64,000 bases of DNA from Strigamia acuminata (taxonomy: Eukaryota), in contig OX442314.1 in NCBI GenBank assembly GCA_949358305.1, positions 15,252,001 through 15,316,000 on the forward strand, written 5' to 3'. The translations under genes were made by a program, and so were the position numbers. The notes under the pieces are model-generated. The model searched no databases, was not told the origin of the DNA, and saw only the letters and a list, made by a program, of their open reading frames with translations. Shown in pieces: positions 11,900-27,197 of the stretch; positions within the stretch are counted from its first letter, which is position 1, and each line of letters begins with the position of its first letter.

Positions 11900-14800
11900 C
11901 AAACCCATAAATTTCAAATTTTCTCTCAGTAAACTGTCCACGGTCACAGCTCGCAGGTACGAAATTCTAAGTATCCATCGCCAGAAGCAAGTACCGGGTA
12001 TTTTTATGAATGCCTCGCCTCGCATCGTGTCTTCCCTGAACTTGCCTGACCACTTTCATCTAACCTACTTTTTCTCTCCGCCCTTCAGATTTAAAATGCA
12101 GGTCAGATAAAAACATGTTTAAAAAAAAAAAAAACATCCCACCTACCCTCGAGCAATCCGCACGTACTCGACGTCTTTTCAGACGAGAGACTAATCGAAC
12201 GCGTGACTCATCTGAAACACTAGCTGAGAAACGTCTCGAATTTAATTTTTAAACAAAATAAATTATTTTTGAAAACAAAAAAAAAAAATTAATTAAAATC
12301 AAACATCGTCTTAAACTTTGTTATTTTTTGTTTATTATTTTTTAAAAATAATTATCTATTTCTCCCTCGTGCTTATAACTATAGAAAAACTAGTGCAAAC
12401 AAGCTGCAACCCACAATCAAAATGTATGTTGTCGTGTGGTACCTGGAAACGATTAGTCGACCATTAATTGAATCCGACAACAGGGCAGTTAATATAAAAA
12501 AAATGGTCAGTGACCGACCGAACAGACATAAAAAAAAAAATCTCAATAAAAAAAAAATAATTTCTATATTTGTTAAAAAATGTTACAAAAAATGTGTGAA
12601 AACTAAAATGCAGCGAGACATGATATTTTCAAGGTAACTCAAGGTAAGCTTTAATGACGTCATGCCTCCCAGTTCTCACTACAAGTCTCCAAATTAAGTT
12701 TGTGGGGCGGGCATTTTATGCTCAAGGATACGAAGCAGCAGCAGGCTGTTGACATCGCTGGCACGATGCCAGTTGCTACGCGTGCACAACCGCCTATGAC
12801 GTCAATGGTGCCAAAAGGATTATCGATTTTCGACTGGGAGCTAACCATTCACCAAATGGCTGACTGAACGAGGGAATGGAGATGGAACGAGCGTACAATC
12901 TCGACAATGACAAATTCTCGTGTTATATCTATCGTTTCAGCGCTGCACTTTTACACAACCCAATTGAAAACAATAAAACGGTCTAATAGAAGACATAAAA
13001 ATAAATAATAATTAAAAGTCAGAAATGAAATTGAAATTATAAAAAAAATAATCAATTTCTCGTATTTCAGCATCGCGTGACGTCATTCGTTGCTGTAGCG
13101 AGGCTATATAACCAGAAGCGTGTGTGGAATAATGATATGGGACCTAATATCGTGACAGGGGGAGAAAAACGAAAACGTCGTAGCAGTCGTCACGTGATAC
13201 ACGCAAACTGCTCGTTCGTGAATACCCTAGCGTGTTTTAAAGTACAAATGGGGCCAGTGAGTTTGACACCAATCAATAAAATGTCAGAAAGAAGAAACGC
13301 CCTCTTCTCTACCAATTGAAGAAACGCAATAAGCCCATGTACTTGGCTACACCCTAAAAGGATTATTGATTGTACGTAAAAACCAACACTAAACCTTCTA
13401 CACCCAAGCTCAATATGATCGCAAGAAAAGAGGAGGAAAAAAATTGCAATTTTTCATGAAATTTGAGTCAAATTCCAGACAAAAAAAAAATTATTATTTT
13501 TTTGTAAATTTGGAATTATTTGTTTTTTCTTTTTTATTTTCCGACTTCATCTTGAAATCAAGCAGTCTGCATTCAAGCAGGATTTATCCGAGATCCGACT
13601 CAACGACCGTAATGCCATCTTGAGACAACCGATGAAAGCATGCAACTGCGGAACACGCCCTCTACTGACCTTGAAGTTGTGTGGCCGATCGATGTAAAAC
13701 GGCGGTGACTGAACTTGAAACGTCATTTAATGTTTTTCTACATGTTTCAGCAAAAATGCGGAATCAGCAAAGCAAACTCAGTCAATTGTGTCACGAATTA
13801 ATTTCCTCTTTGCCCCACTTTTTCCCCTTTAACACAATACAGTACATCGAAATCCAAAACCGTTGTTGACTCGTTTCAAAAACCGGATTAGTGTTGACAT
13901 GCACAACAAGCAACATTTCACTCATTTTCTTCTCATTCATTTAATAAATCGTGATTCACATGTGATGGAATGCGCGTCACGTGACCACACTTAATTTCAA
14001 CGAGGGTGCGGTTGTTTTTGTTTACAACTTACAAACGCCAACGTGGACAAACCACAGTAAAAAAAAAAAAAAGTGACAAAAAAATAATGACGACAACGAA
14101 TTTACGTCACACCAACCTAAAAATAACGCAAAAATTCCCATTCCATAAAAAAATCGTCATTAATTTCCTCCCACACCGTGCCAAAAATGAGTGAAAAGCG
14201 AAATTTGATTGCACAAACACACGAACAGCTACAAATAGATTTTTAATGGGGATACTTTATTCAAACAAGTGCACAATGCTTGATGGTTGCCGGGAGAAAC
14301 CGAAGATGCCGCACCTAGACACAACACAGCAGCAGCATCAGCGGGGAGTTAAAACTTTATGGTAAGTTTAATGTCTGCCTGCTTGCAGATACAAAGGCCA
14401 AATTCAGACATAAGGAAAGAGGGACCTTCAAACCTTCCTGGGAAATTTGTCTGGGAACTGTGCCACTCTCATCAAAGGGTCTTTAGCTTTAACTTACAAC
14501 CATGAGATCGGATCGGCTAAGCTCGGCCTCTGATAGAACGCTACCATCAACACGCGAGTCGTTATGCAACACCCACGCTTGGTTAAATCTATTATCACCT
14601 TAATAAAGTTGTTTGAAAATTGTTTCTAGGTGCCACCTTGAACAATTTTAGCCGAATCTCGTTATGACGTGCTTCATCTGGGCCAATAATGCGTCTGACA
14701 AGCATCGCTAGGGGTTTGCACTCAGTCGGAAATATTTTTAGAGCTAAAGACAACAAGATTCTCATTCTTTTAGGGTTTATTTATTTTTTCCAACGAGGAC

Positions 14801-17800
14801 ACGTGCCATCCTTGTGGACAGTTCTAAAGCCGGCTGTCCTCTAGAATTGTCCTTCTTCCTGGACAACAAAAATACCATGTTAGAAATATATAAATAAATG
14901 TAAAAAAAAAAAAGTAACAACAGGAAGGAAAATTCCAGCTGTAAAACTTGATGTTTATACTTTTTCTTGTTTCTATTTCAAACGCTTCAAAGTGTTTGTT
15001 TTATTCCGGTCCCTCCTTTACACATGTTTCTTTTTTATGGCAGCACTTTTTTCTGAGCTGTGTTATGTCCCCCTTGCACATAAATAAACCGCCAAAAAAT
15101 AATATAATAAAAAATAATGCTTTTGCCTAGGTCAACCCATTTCGACCAAACAATAAAAGCAAAACATTCCAAAGCTTAAAATTTCAAAAAAAGCTGATTT
15201 TTTTCAATCATAAAAATCATTTATCAAATAAAGAATACAAAATGTTGTCATCAGAGCATTGGTTTCCACATGTAACAGGGTAAACAGCCCCCTAATGACG
15301 TACTCAACCAAACCAGTGTTCCTCAACCATATTTTTAGCGCACCATTTTTAGAAAGCAACTCTCGCAAGAAACGAATTCCAACTTTGTAGTAAAATTCGC
15401 ACGTACCCTTTCTGCACCTTGTTGCTGATATTTCTGCTTGCATTCAAGAAGAAATTATCAGCGCAATGCGCAGCAAGGGTCCGAAAAGAGGAAAAGTCAA
15501 GAGAAAACTGTTTACTTCACACGCTCTTACATTTCGATCTCGAAGTCATAAAATGCTCACTTACTTAAGCCCACAAAACCACTTCCGTCCAGTGTAAAAA
15601 GTCTCAAGCTTTCCCTTCTTCGCACCAGGAAAGCCACACAAAATTATGACATCATTGTTACTTTTCTTCGAAATTCATTGAAAACTTCGCAATCGTAAAA
15701 GTAAAACTCTAAAAGACCAATTTCCTGCCTCATCCCTCTTTCTTTTTGTTTCGCTCATCCTTATTCCTGCACCGAACAAGTTCAAGGCTAAAAACCTCAT
15801 TCCGTGTCATGGAATAAAATAGAGGCAAAAAATAGCACAAAAAAACATATTAACATAAAAAAAAAATTATTTTATACAATTTTCTAGACAAGGAAATGGA
15901 TTCTCAAAACTAGACCTGACTGCCTCCTCCAACTGTCAGTTTAAATTACTATGGAAACATTGCATAGCAACTGTATTTAAACGTCACTCAGTTGACGTCA
16001 AACATGACGTCAATGACAGAACGAAGTGCATCTGTTGCAATGAATTAAAGGTCAAAGTTGTTGTGTAATAAATCGAATCATTATTTTGAAAAGTTCAACT
16101 TTCATGTCTCTAAATTCGGACCCGTCCCGAAAACATCAACACGAGATCAACTGCACGACATCTCAATTATCGAAACAAATGGATTTTTCTTCCGTTCATT
16201 TTTAATCAATATAATACAAAAATAAACGAAAATTTCCAAATGCATAAGTATTTATAAAGCTTTGAATAGCTTCCAGTGTGTAATCCATCAAACGTGTGGG
16301 CGCAAGTGCAAAGCATTTATTTTTAAAACGATGCAACTAAAATAAACAAACAAACAAAATGACCACCATTGAGAAGCCAAAAACTCCATTGGCTTTCCAC
16401 GTGAAAGCCTTTATATAACAAAGTCGTCTGGCCCTTTTCCAGCTTCCCAATTGCACACAAATGTGCAATAGAAAATTATCACGCCAAGCAAATAAAAAAA
16501 GGAAAACCAAAATATACATTTATACATATCTAAGCAACTATTTGGGCATTTTGCCTGCACCAACAAGTCCTTTTACCTAAATTAGTCAATGACATAACTC
16601 ACTAGACAAATTCCAAAAGTTGAACATCCTGCAAAAAACACAACCCACATATTTTTATTTCGAATTAATAAACATAACAATGGCACTTGCCTTTTGTGTA
16701 CATCTGCTCCGTTCATTTCTTTGAACTAAATTTAGTGACACACATTTTGCAATGCGCTTTACATTAAACAGCATTTATTTGGTTTTATGGAAGTTGTAGG
16801 TGCAAAATTTTGAAAATTAACATTCTAGCCACACATGAAGAGGGCCGACAAACAGATTGACAAGCTGTCTGACTTCCCCTTAGTCCTTGGTTAATATGCA
16901 AGATACTTTATGTGATTTACATGCCACACAAATTAATATGTCGCATAAATTGAGCATACTTCCAAGAACTTAATTGAGCATATAATAAAATGTAATGCCG
17001 TATTTGCAATTAAAATTTTACACTGCAATCAATTAGCCAGTTATAAAAGTAGAAAAAAAAAAGAAGTCCAGGAATAATTGTTTAAAATGTAAATAGAACA
17101 CGATAACAAACCATAAAGTTTTTTATTCTACGATTGTAACCTCACAACATTGTGTAACTCTTATTTCCTCCCAACTTGTGCCTTCAATAATATTTTTATT
17201 CCTTTCTCCACGTGATTGGACTCGTGGTTTTAAATATCAATCCATCAGCTTGTTTTATTAGTCTCTTTGGAATTTCCTCTGTTCAACTTTTGAATGGCAC
17301 ATTCCATGAAATCTAAGCATCAAACTTGTTTATGCATTCGACCTTTACCTCCCATTTATGCAGAAAACGGAGTAAAGACCCAACTCTACAAATTTCCACT
17401 AAATACCACTTGCAGCTCCATTTAATGGGTCAAAGGGTAAACAACAAACTCAAGGCCGAGTGGGGCATGCGTAAGTGTGACCTGTACTTTTTTTCTCCGT
17501 ATTTTTACCTTAAAAGTCGATTTACCTTCAAAGTCCCAAGTTTTCATGCATAAAAAATTCCTAATATTTTTATATTTTTATGAAAAATCTACAAATTTGC
17601 TCGTTATTTATTTTTTGTTGAAATTTATATTTTAATCTCATAAATTAAGACGTGCCCTAATAATGTCAAAAAAGAATAAACAATCTTGAAAATCATCTGA
17701 TTGCTGCTTTTTCATTTTTCAAAATAATTTAAAACCAGACGGTTGATGACTTCATTTCGAATCTTGAGCTGTGGCGAGTGGCGAATAAACATCTCCTTGT

Positions 17801-20800
17801 TCTATTAAAAGGTCAAGAGTTTTGTTTAGTTTAAACACCCACCCCAACTAAAAAAAGAAAAGAAAAAAGAAATTGGGTGAAGATTCCACGCAAGTTCAGG
17901 GGTTACATGGCCAAGAATGGAATAACAGAAGGTGAAATTGAAATCCACCATTTACATTCGTTAGTATTCTTCACATTGCATCACGTGCACATTTTGGTGT
18001 CAAATACATGCAATAATATGAGCTCGTAATTCAAGCTCGCCAAGCTGTTTATAGTAACTCTATTATTGTATTAATAACCAAATTATGCCCATCTTTCAAC
18101 CGCAAGACAAATCAAAAATTGCAAAATGCATAACTACAAAAATGCAAAACAAAAATCCCCCAAACCGAGAAACATGAAATATTTTTGTCAAAAATTTAAA
18201 AAATTCAAAACCACCTCAAGTCTTGTGGATTGACCTTCCAACCACTTGCCCACGGCCCTTGAGACGCGCAGGCAAAGACAGGGAGGGGGAAAACGTTGAA
18301 AGAGCCCCACCCAGTGGGTAAAAGAAGAAGGGGAACTTGAGGAATGTGGTTCCCATTTTCCCCATCAAGTTCTTCCCATATGAACAGGAAGTAGTATATG
18401 GTTGCAGGCCATCAGAGGGCGATGGGAGGTCTTGGACAAGCCTAGCTGAGGGGCAAAGCGAGGCAAAGGGATATGGGTGGAGATTCGTTCAATGATCCAT
18501 GAAAATAAAAATTGTTTATACACGGTGTATCGCTTTTCCTCCCATGTTAATTAGCTTTGAACAGAGCATCGCGTGTTTCCCGAGTAAAAAAATCACGTGT
18601 TTCCGGTCGATTGAGTACCATTACACAAATGACGTCACCAACCAAACTCTGGTACAGCCCTCAGCGGCGGATCGGGTCATTGACTGACACCAGCCACAGC
18701 CATACAACTTGGCTTTCAGCCCATTCCATAAGCTCATGCCGAAGCAGCTGCGCACTGTGCAAGTCTATTCACAATTTTCGACATTATGCACTATCTGCAT
18801 GTTATTGCTCGTATTTGGTATTGCAATAAACGGCGAATTTTGTATATTGTAATACATCGCGTTAACGGCTGAAATAAATTCTCAATTTCAGCTGGACGGA
18901 TGATAAATGTTGCGATGGGAAATGCGTCATTTATGAATGGCCGAGCATCGTCACGATCGATGATTCTCTTTTACGTCAGAGCAGAAAGCTAACCTGTACC
19001 ACAAGGTCAAATGAAGGTGACACGTGAGCATTGGCTGCTTCATTTCCGGAACAACAAGTAAAAGTATCTCGAGTTGTCATAGCAACTAATTGGAGGATTT
19101 GAGCAAAGTGCAGATGCAGAGGTGGCTTAGCAACAGTCGTTGAGAATTGAAAAATGCAACAGAATGTAAATCAAAGTAAATAAAAACGAGGCCCAGAGCC
19201 GCGCGCAAACACTCGCAGGGATAAACATAAAATTTATAATTTAATTTCCTACCAAAACACTTTCTCTTATATCAACTTGCGTGATTTCCTTATCGTATTA
19301 CAAGATCAAATGTAATAAATAAGAAAAATTGCAAGGCACTTTGTCCGACGTTCAGCTTAGATCTCAAATCTAATTTGCTCAACAGTTGATATAACATAGT
19401 TTTTTATTTATTTATTTTTTTTTGTAATATTTTTTCCACAAATCTCTTTATCGGAGTTTAAAATAAATAATTGAATAAAAAGTTTACAGTTTAAAAAAAA
19501 ATAGAAGAAAGAAAGAAGAAGAAAAAATAAAGAAAATCGAATTTTTTCCTCGTTTAAGGAATCAACACATTTTTTTCTTTCCTCTGTCGCGTGACATTGC
19601 CAAGCACTTGGTTACTCCGATGATAGATGGCTATGACCTAACGCATTACCCCTTCACAAACTCCATACCTTACGTTTCCCCCTTCAACTTTTTGCTCAAA
19701 CTAACTCTCATTTTTAAAACATGAGTCGCGGGGGACAAAAAAAAATAAAAAAAAAAAATTGAAAAAATCCATGTCAATTTCCCCTCTCAATTTCCACTTT
19801 TTATTAAAGGAATACGGCAATAAAAATAAACATCGTGACACAATTTGTTATTAATTATTTTTATGGAATTGCATTTTAAAAAATGTTCATTTAATAAATA
19901 AAAAACCAAAATTTGATAATAAAATTCCAAAAAATATCTAATTATTTCATCCAAAACATGTTTTCAACACGCGCCCTACTCCTCCATAAAATCAACCCGA
20001 ACAAATCATCATTAAGTCACCAACCAGATGTAAAAACATCGAAAAAAGTCAAGCACCTCAAATTAATTCAGACTTTTACATATTTTTTGACCCTTTAATT
20101 CAAATGTGCCCACCATCAAACCCTATCCCAAGGTAAATCACCAATTACTAACCTCGAGCAATATATTAATTAACTCGTCGAGCACGTATGAGGGCCAAGG
20201 TCTGATGTGCTCAACCTTAATCAAGTGCCTCATGCATGCATAATTTGTTGCATTTAAAAAAATAGCTAATTGAAGACGCGTGTCATCTCATACAATGTAC
20301 CCGGACAAACAATTTCTTATTTCTTCCGTTCCGTGACAACCCTGAAGGTAAAAGCGACAAATTCTTGGAATTTTTCCTTGATTTGATAATCGCAAATTCG
20401 GTGCGCTCGTGCGACGAGAAAAAAATAAACTGCGACGATCACGTGAATGGCCCTGATAGTACACACTTAATTATCATACAGATTACTCGTGTAACCTTTT
20501 TTTTTTTTTATTCTTTCTTCTTTTAATATTTCTTACCTTGGTACTTATCACCTTTCAGCGACCACGCCCAACTATTAAAAGCGCCCCTACATTAATTTCA
20601 AAAATTAATTTTGCTTTTTTACTATCAATAATATTATTTCCGTTGACCATAAAAAAATACTTTAATTATCTTTAATTGATGTTAATGTTTAATTTCTGGT
20701 CATTGTGTGGTTCCTAGAATTCGCTCGCACTTCTATTACTGGAACTATAAAACCGAAAACCGTGCGGACAAATAACGTGTCACGTGCTCAAGAGTGGAAG

Positions 20801-23000
20801 CTTCATTTCTAACGAATACCTGATCCCCCGCCGCGTCGCCCACCTGTTCAACAAGGTCCTCAGCCGCCACAAAAGACCACCTGCGCGCAAACAAAATAAA
20901 ACCTACTTACAGATCCACCCATAAATGAACAGTTTTTTTTTCCCATAATTTAATGTCTAAAAAAAAATTTTTTCCAAAAAAAAAAATTATTTTTCTATTT
21001 TTCCATTAAAAAAATTATACCACTATCGCGAATCAAGCGTTATCACAAAAGGGGCCATTCGCAAATCACATCATCGCTCCTTTTTTAGATATGACAAAAC
21101 TTTCCCTTTCGTAAGATATAAACTAACGAGGTTCCACGTCAAATTGCGACAGGTAGATAGTAGTTGACCCACTGTTCATTTAATTTACGAGTGTAACATA
21201 CATTAAATACACTTAGTGCTGACCTGCTTACAAATGTATTTAAAGAGTTTGTAATGGTAGCAGATGGTGCAACCATTAAGAAGTCACCAAACCTCATCCA
21301 AACCCTCTAATACTAAAAAAAAAAGAATTAAAAAAAAATTAAAAACCAAAGATAAACATATTTGAGATTCGGTTGCAGATAATGGCTGTGTGCATTCGAG
21401 CAATTTAGTTTTTTAATCGATTTTCAAATAACAAATTAAAATTTCGAAGTACCATATTTGAGCAAAAGTGAAAAGTCAATATTTAACTTCCACTTTTTCT
21501 TCTAACATAAAATATTGCAAAATAAATTCCAACTAACTGCAATGAAAAAAAAAATCATTATGAAGAGTCGTCGATTCGCAATTCCAACTACGTCCCAGAT
21601 GCACATAAAATAGACTGCAGATAGACACCTGACTCATGAGATAAATTGTTTATTAGAATAAAAAAAAGCGCAATTCTTCACTTCCAAGTACAACATCTTC
21701 AATTTACTTTCTGCGCAACCAGCCAAATGAACAAATATTTTTTTTAAAACTTTAACAGCCCCATTTATTTCTATATATATATAACCAAAAGAAAGAAGAC
21801 GGACAAAATAAGTCATTCACATAAACTTGAACTAAATTTCTCCTAACCCATTTTAGACTCGGTTCCACGAAATGGGGACTGGGGTATGGAAAAAAAAAAT
21901 TTACTATTGCAACGTCAATGGAGTTTTATGCTTTACATAAGACGAGATGTAGTGTGCCAACATTATCCCTTGTGGTCTGTTGTCATTCATGGCCAACATG
22001 ATAAAAACAAGTTTGTAATTGCTTTGAGTTTATGATAAGCACGTCTTCAAAGACCATTCGTTGGAGCGCGACACCACATTACTCCAATGCCAAGGAACGT
22101 GAAATTTTATGGCACTACTTTTTCAAAATTTAATAACTAAATAAACATAAAAACAGATTAATTCTAACACCCTTTAAAAGGTTTAGTCCAAATACCTTAA
22201 TAAAATCATTAATTTCACTCAAGTTAAAAATAGATTAGCAGATACGTGCTAGAAATGTTAAAATTCACAATTTCACAGTTTGCAGTCCTTTCACGGTGTT
22301 ATCTTGCAACTCCGATGATATCACCGCGTTAATGCTCTAATTTTACAAAACAAAATAAAAAGGATAAAAATAGACGACAAAACAGGTGATTTCCAGGGGT
22401 GGTTAACTTTAAACAAGTCTTATTTTTAAGCGAATTAAACTATACAGATAAAGCTGAAACACCCAAAACAGCAATTTCTTATTTTGACACTTTAGTTAAT
22501 TATGTCAAAATTCTTCGTGCTATTTTCAAATTTACCACCTTGATTTCATACACGATATTAAAAGAAAAAATTAAAAAAACTAGGCACTTCCTTTTTATTT
22601 CTAAACATTCTATCTCAAAGTGAATTTCCGTGAATAACAGGAAAGGACCTCGCCAATACTCTGAGGCAACGGTTTAAAAATACAACTTCATAATCCACCT
22701 ATTTAATTATCGACAGACCATCCACCAAGTGACGATACCGACGCGAGATGCAATCGTTGGAAAACAAAAAGACCTTGGAAAGGTGAAAACATCTGTCACA
22801 ACTAAAAGTTGTTTTGCTGTTGACCCAATTTACACACATGTATGGAGTATACGCCTACGTCATGCCAGCCCGTAGGTTAATAAATATTTCAAATAAATCG
22901 GTATAGTTCCCCAGGAATGTAGGTCAAGCGGAATTCATCCAATTATAGTGGCATCACGTGATTGTTTTCGCTTACCCATTTCAGATAAATAATAAAAATG
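11900..23000. promoter_or_regulatory. Non-coding, motif-rich interval (putative enhancers) between TALPID3 and IRF2BP
   Basis: No credible ORF. GC-richer blocks contain 6 full CREs (TGACGTCA), 11 CACGTG and an X-box at 19073. Confidence 0.55.
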
Positions 23001-24453
23001 TCAATAACAAACGATCGAGGAGCCGTTAACCATTAAATAAAGATGTGTCGAAAGTAGTGAACACGGTTTTTAATACACGATACAAACAATTTTACAGTAG
23101 GTATTTGTTTACTTAGCAGAAAAATAGGCGCGACAGTTTTAAGTAGTCACATTATACTGTGTAAACATTTGGAATTTTTGTGCAGAAAATGCTTCTTCTT
23201 TTTTCTGCTAATTATTTTGCTTGGTGAAGACAAGAATAACATTTATATATTAGGTTTTAAATTTATTTTTTTTCTCATTATAAGTAACGTTTATTTATTA
23301 CTGTGAAAAGTATCAAAATTTTTATTTTTTAAATGGGAGGCCTATTTAAACTAATATAAAATTTGTACAAACAAACAAAAATAATTGAAACAAATTTATG
23401 TTTTTTTTTTATACAAGTGATTGATTCTCCATAAGATTACACGTAAATGTATGAAATTAAACTGAATGAGCGAGTGTAACAAGATCATCCTTGATTTTTT
23501 TTCTTAAGTTAAAATTAAAATTTTCCAAAAATTTTCCAAAACAAAAACAGTATTTTTTGTATTTCATTTTGTACTCAATAGTAAATAATTTCAAATTATA
23601 ACTATTAGTGTTTTATATTACTGATTTTAAGAAGAAAAACTAATAAAAAGAAAAGTAACAGTTTGACTAGTATATTAATGGAGATGTGGCACATAGGAAA
23701 CAAGATGGAGGATCATGTACATTAATTTACAACATGTTTCGATAGGAATTTACCGTTGTTTTGACGCACGTAACCGAATACAGAGACTTTAAAAAGATGG
23801 TAAATTTCAGCAACAAATTTTAAAATAATTCTAAATTTAATGGCTAAACTTAATCACATTTTTAATCATCATTTTTGTTTACGTTTCGTCAAAACAACGC
23901 CCAACACCTATTCGCTCTACTACAATAAAAAATATTATAAATTTCAATAAAGGATTTTTGAGATAGATTTAAGAGTGAGAAAGATAGAGATTAAGAAGTT
24001 GAAGAAACATTTCAAGTTACTGATAGATAGATAGATAAGAGCGACGAGTTACTACATGTTTACATGCCAAACAACGCTTCAATTTGGCATCATTCAAATA
24101 AACTTTTCATTTCTAATCGTATTACGTGACATTATACAAATTGAAAACAAACACAACTACCCATATCATACACACACGACTTACTCAATCATCACAAACA
24201 ACTCTTACTTCATTCTATCCTATCCTATCAGTCAACTCAAAATCGATCATCACTTTTTCCACCATTCCTTACATCATCATCGCCTACATGTCAAAAACGA
24301 GTCAACTAACCGCATTTTTAACACATCAAAACTCCCACTCATTCAAAGCTGGGAGAAGCAAACAAACCAATCGGCAACAAATTGGAGAAACTCTACAAAA
24401 TTTGCCCATTTTTTGGTTATTTCAACAACAAATACAATTGCTAACAACCGCAC

Positions 24454-27197
24454 TTAAGTTTCTCTTTCCTTTTTAATCTTAAGTTCATCGCCCAGTATTG
24501 TAGCAATTTCGCCTTGCATAAAAGCCCAAGGAACATTAGATCCCAAAAGAGGACATTTTTCACCACTCGGGCAATAAACTTCCGAACCCGCGCCTTGCCT
24601 TTTTATGCTTTCACGAGAGCAAGGGAAACAAAACTTATGATGCTGAATGCTAGGGCATTGGACAAAATGAGTGTCCTCCAGCCTCTCCTGACACAGAGTG
24701 CACTTGAGCGCTGCCTGGTTCTGCGGTCCACCTCCTGCACAGTCCCCTTGTAAGTTGGATGGCGTCGGCGTCGAAGATTCGGTCGACGTCACTTCAGACA
24801 ACGTGCTCGTTCCCCCATTACCCACTTGTGTCATTATGCTCGATGCTAGAGAAGTGGGAGTTCCTCCACCACTGTTACTACTGCTCGCATGTCGAGTTCC
24901 GGAACTTCTTCGTACACTTCCCCCTCCCCCGCCGCCACTGGGCGAGTGCTGAGCACTGCGTGAGTTCGGGTTTGACCGTGAATTCGATGCTTCTGCACTA
25001 CTTCCGTTTCTCGGTGATCCCGGTGTCGGTGGTTCTAATTAAAAAAAAAAAAAAAAAAAAATTCTTTATTAATATAATTAATTTGCATTCCAAATTCCCC
25101 CCTTGCAATGAGCCACCTGTTAACACTTTCACCACGTCAGAAGTGAAACCACCTGCCTCAGTGATTCATCTGGTACAAGTAAAACATCAGCTGTTACTCT
25201 TTTTTTTGTATTATTATCCATTAATCCCTCCTCTTCCTCGCACAATAACAAAAATTCCACCGCAAATATTTCCTTCTTAACATCCTTTTCCCATTATGTT
25301 ATTACTACATTTTACAATACAGACAGATAGCCGTTTCGAAACAAAGTTCAACATATTGATATTATATAAAAAGCAATTATAAAACACCGAATCCCTTCTG
25401 CTTCAACCAGCCAATTTATACACAAAATTTCTTCTCCCAATCAAAAGTCGCATTGCGAAATTACCACTATCGTATTACTCGTTTCGATTTACGTCTCTTA
25501 TCAGTTCATACAACTTTTAATACTAATCCCAGCGTATCAGCGTTGACTTTTGCCCCATTAATATCATTTTTCTTATCGACAAAACAATTTTATTTTGTTT
25601 ATTTTGCTCCATTGATATGATAAAAGCGTTGACAACCCCCAGCTCAGCTGCTTCCCCTTTGAATCCCACCTAACCCCACCACTAAAGACTCTTTCCCTCC
25701 TTCCTCCACCCAAAGTCGCATTCCCACGATCCCTTGCAAAAAAATTATCTTATCATCCCAAAATATTGACGTCATGGGATATGAGATCATCCAAATATTA
25801 TTCCAAGAAACAATTTTTTCTATGGCGTGTAGTCGCCAGGAGCGGACGCTCGCTCTATCGCCCCGACCTCTCTTTCGTCGCAGAATAGCTGCATGAGGTC
25901 ATAGTACAAATCACATGTCAAGCGAGACTGGGAGCAACGCCGGCCCCGGTTGCAGCTGCTCCGCCGAGCTACAGGCGTGGCTCAGCCAGTTTCATGACGT
26001 TAGGCTACGTACACCTTATGGTGACGTCACACCTATCGATCGCTCCTCTTACTCGTGGTCGGTGCACGTTTCTATCCCCTCCCTATCTACTCGCATTCCC
26101 TGCTCTTTGGACTCGACCTGGTACAATTGATCGATAAATTGACGGAATATTTACTATGACAAAAACTACTATCTTCCCATGACGTCATTTTTTTTTAATT
26201 CCATAATAATAAAAAAAAACAAATAAAAAAATAAAATAAAAAAATCGATGGACGATGATTCACTAAGAAAATAGTAGAACAAAAAGAAAAGTAAATAATA
26301 AATAAAATGTGTGAACGTACCGGTTTTTAAGCTGGTGGCAGAATCCAACGACAACATTCTTCCCATGCTGTGTTCTTTCGCCTTGTATCGAATATCAAAA
26401 GGAATGACAGGGCCCGACATGACTGCAGGTAAACTCTCCACCCGAGTTAGCGCGGGTCTTCCTCCGCCGGGTACGCTGGTCGGTCCGTGTTCTCCATCCA
26501 TGGACCCTCTTTTGGCGACTCCATTTTCATGACACTGATCGTCTTCCTCCCGTTCTCTTTTCTGTCCCATCACACCAACACTTGGTGGGGGGAGTGAACT
26601 AGGCCGCCCGTGCGGGGGCGGGGGCGGAGGAGGAACATGATGAGGGACAAGATGCGAAACCGTAGCCGCGGCAACAGCAGCAGCTCTGCCGGGAGGAAGG
26701 TTCGGGCTTCCCCGATGAACTCCTTCCACTTCGCCGACATCCCCTCGATGCAGTCCCGTGACCATACCTCGAGGAAAATCCACCATGGCCACCCGCGGCC
26801 TCCCCTCGTGCTGCAAGGGGAAGCGCTCCACACTGACGCCGGGCAGCGGCGGCCCCCTCGACGGCGCCGACAAGTGATCCGGCCCGTTGTGCGTTTGCTG
26901 CGGACCGCCGGACCCGTTCTGGGCCTCGTGAGGGTTCCTGATGTGGATCCCTGCGGCGGTAGCCGCGGCAACAGCTGCAGCCTTCATCACGGGCCGGTTA
27001 TCTTGGAAGCCGTGCGCCCTTTTCATCTGTCGCGCTGTCTCGATCACCAGTTCGATGCGGTCGGCACCTTCGTAATTCACGCACCCCCGACACACGGGCT
27101 CGGAAAAATCGTGCAACATCGCCCACGGAGTGCGCGGCAGGTCGCACAAGTAGCAGTGCTGCCGCTGCCCTCGGTGCAGCACGGACATCTTGACCAT
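24454..27197 (-). CDS. IRF2BP: Interferon regulatory factor 2-binding protein family (IRF2BP1/2/L, Pits); N-terminal C4 zinc finger and C-terminal RING
   Basis: Exons 27197-26321 and 25034-24454 join in phase 1 (485 aa; alternative ATG 27188). [38 protein letters not shown] and [36 protein letters not shown]...[20 protein letters not shown]. Confidence 0.95.

Noticed and set aside
26169..26320. Hydrophobic, TM-like tail of the 354-aa IRF2BP ORF
   Set aside because: Read-through into a T-rich intron after the donor at 26320.
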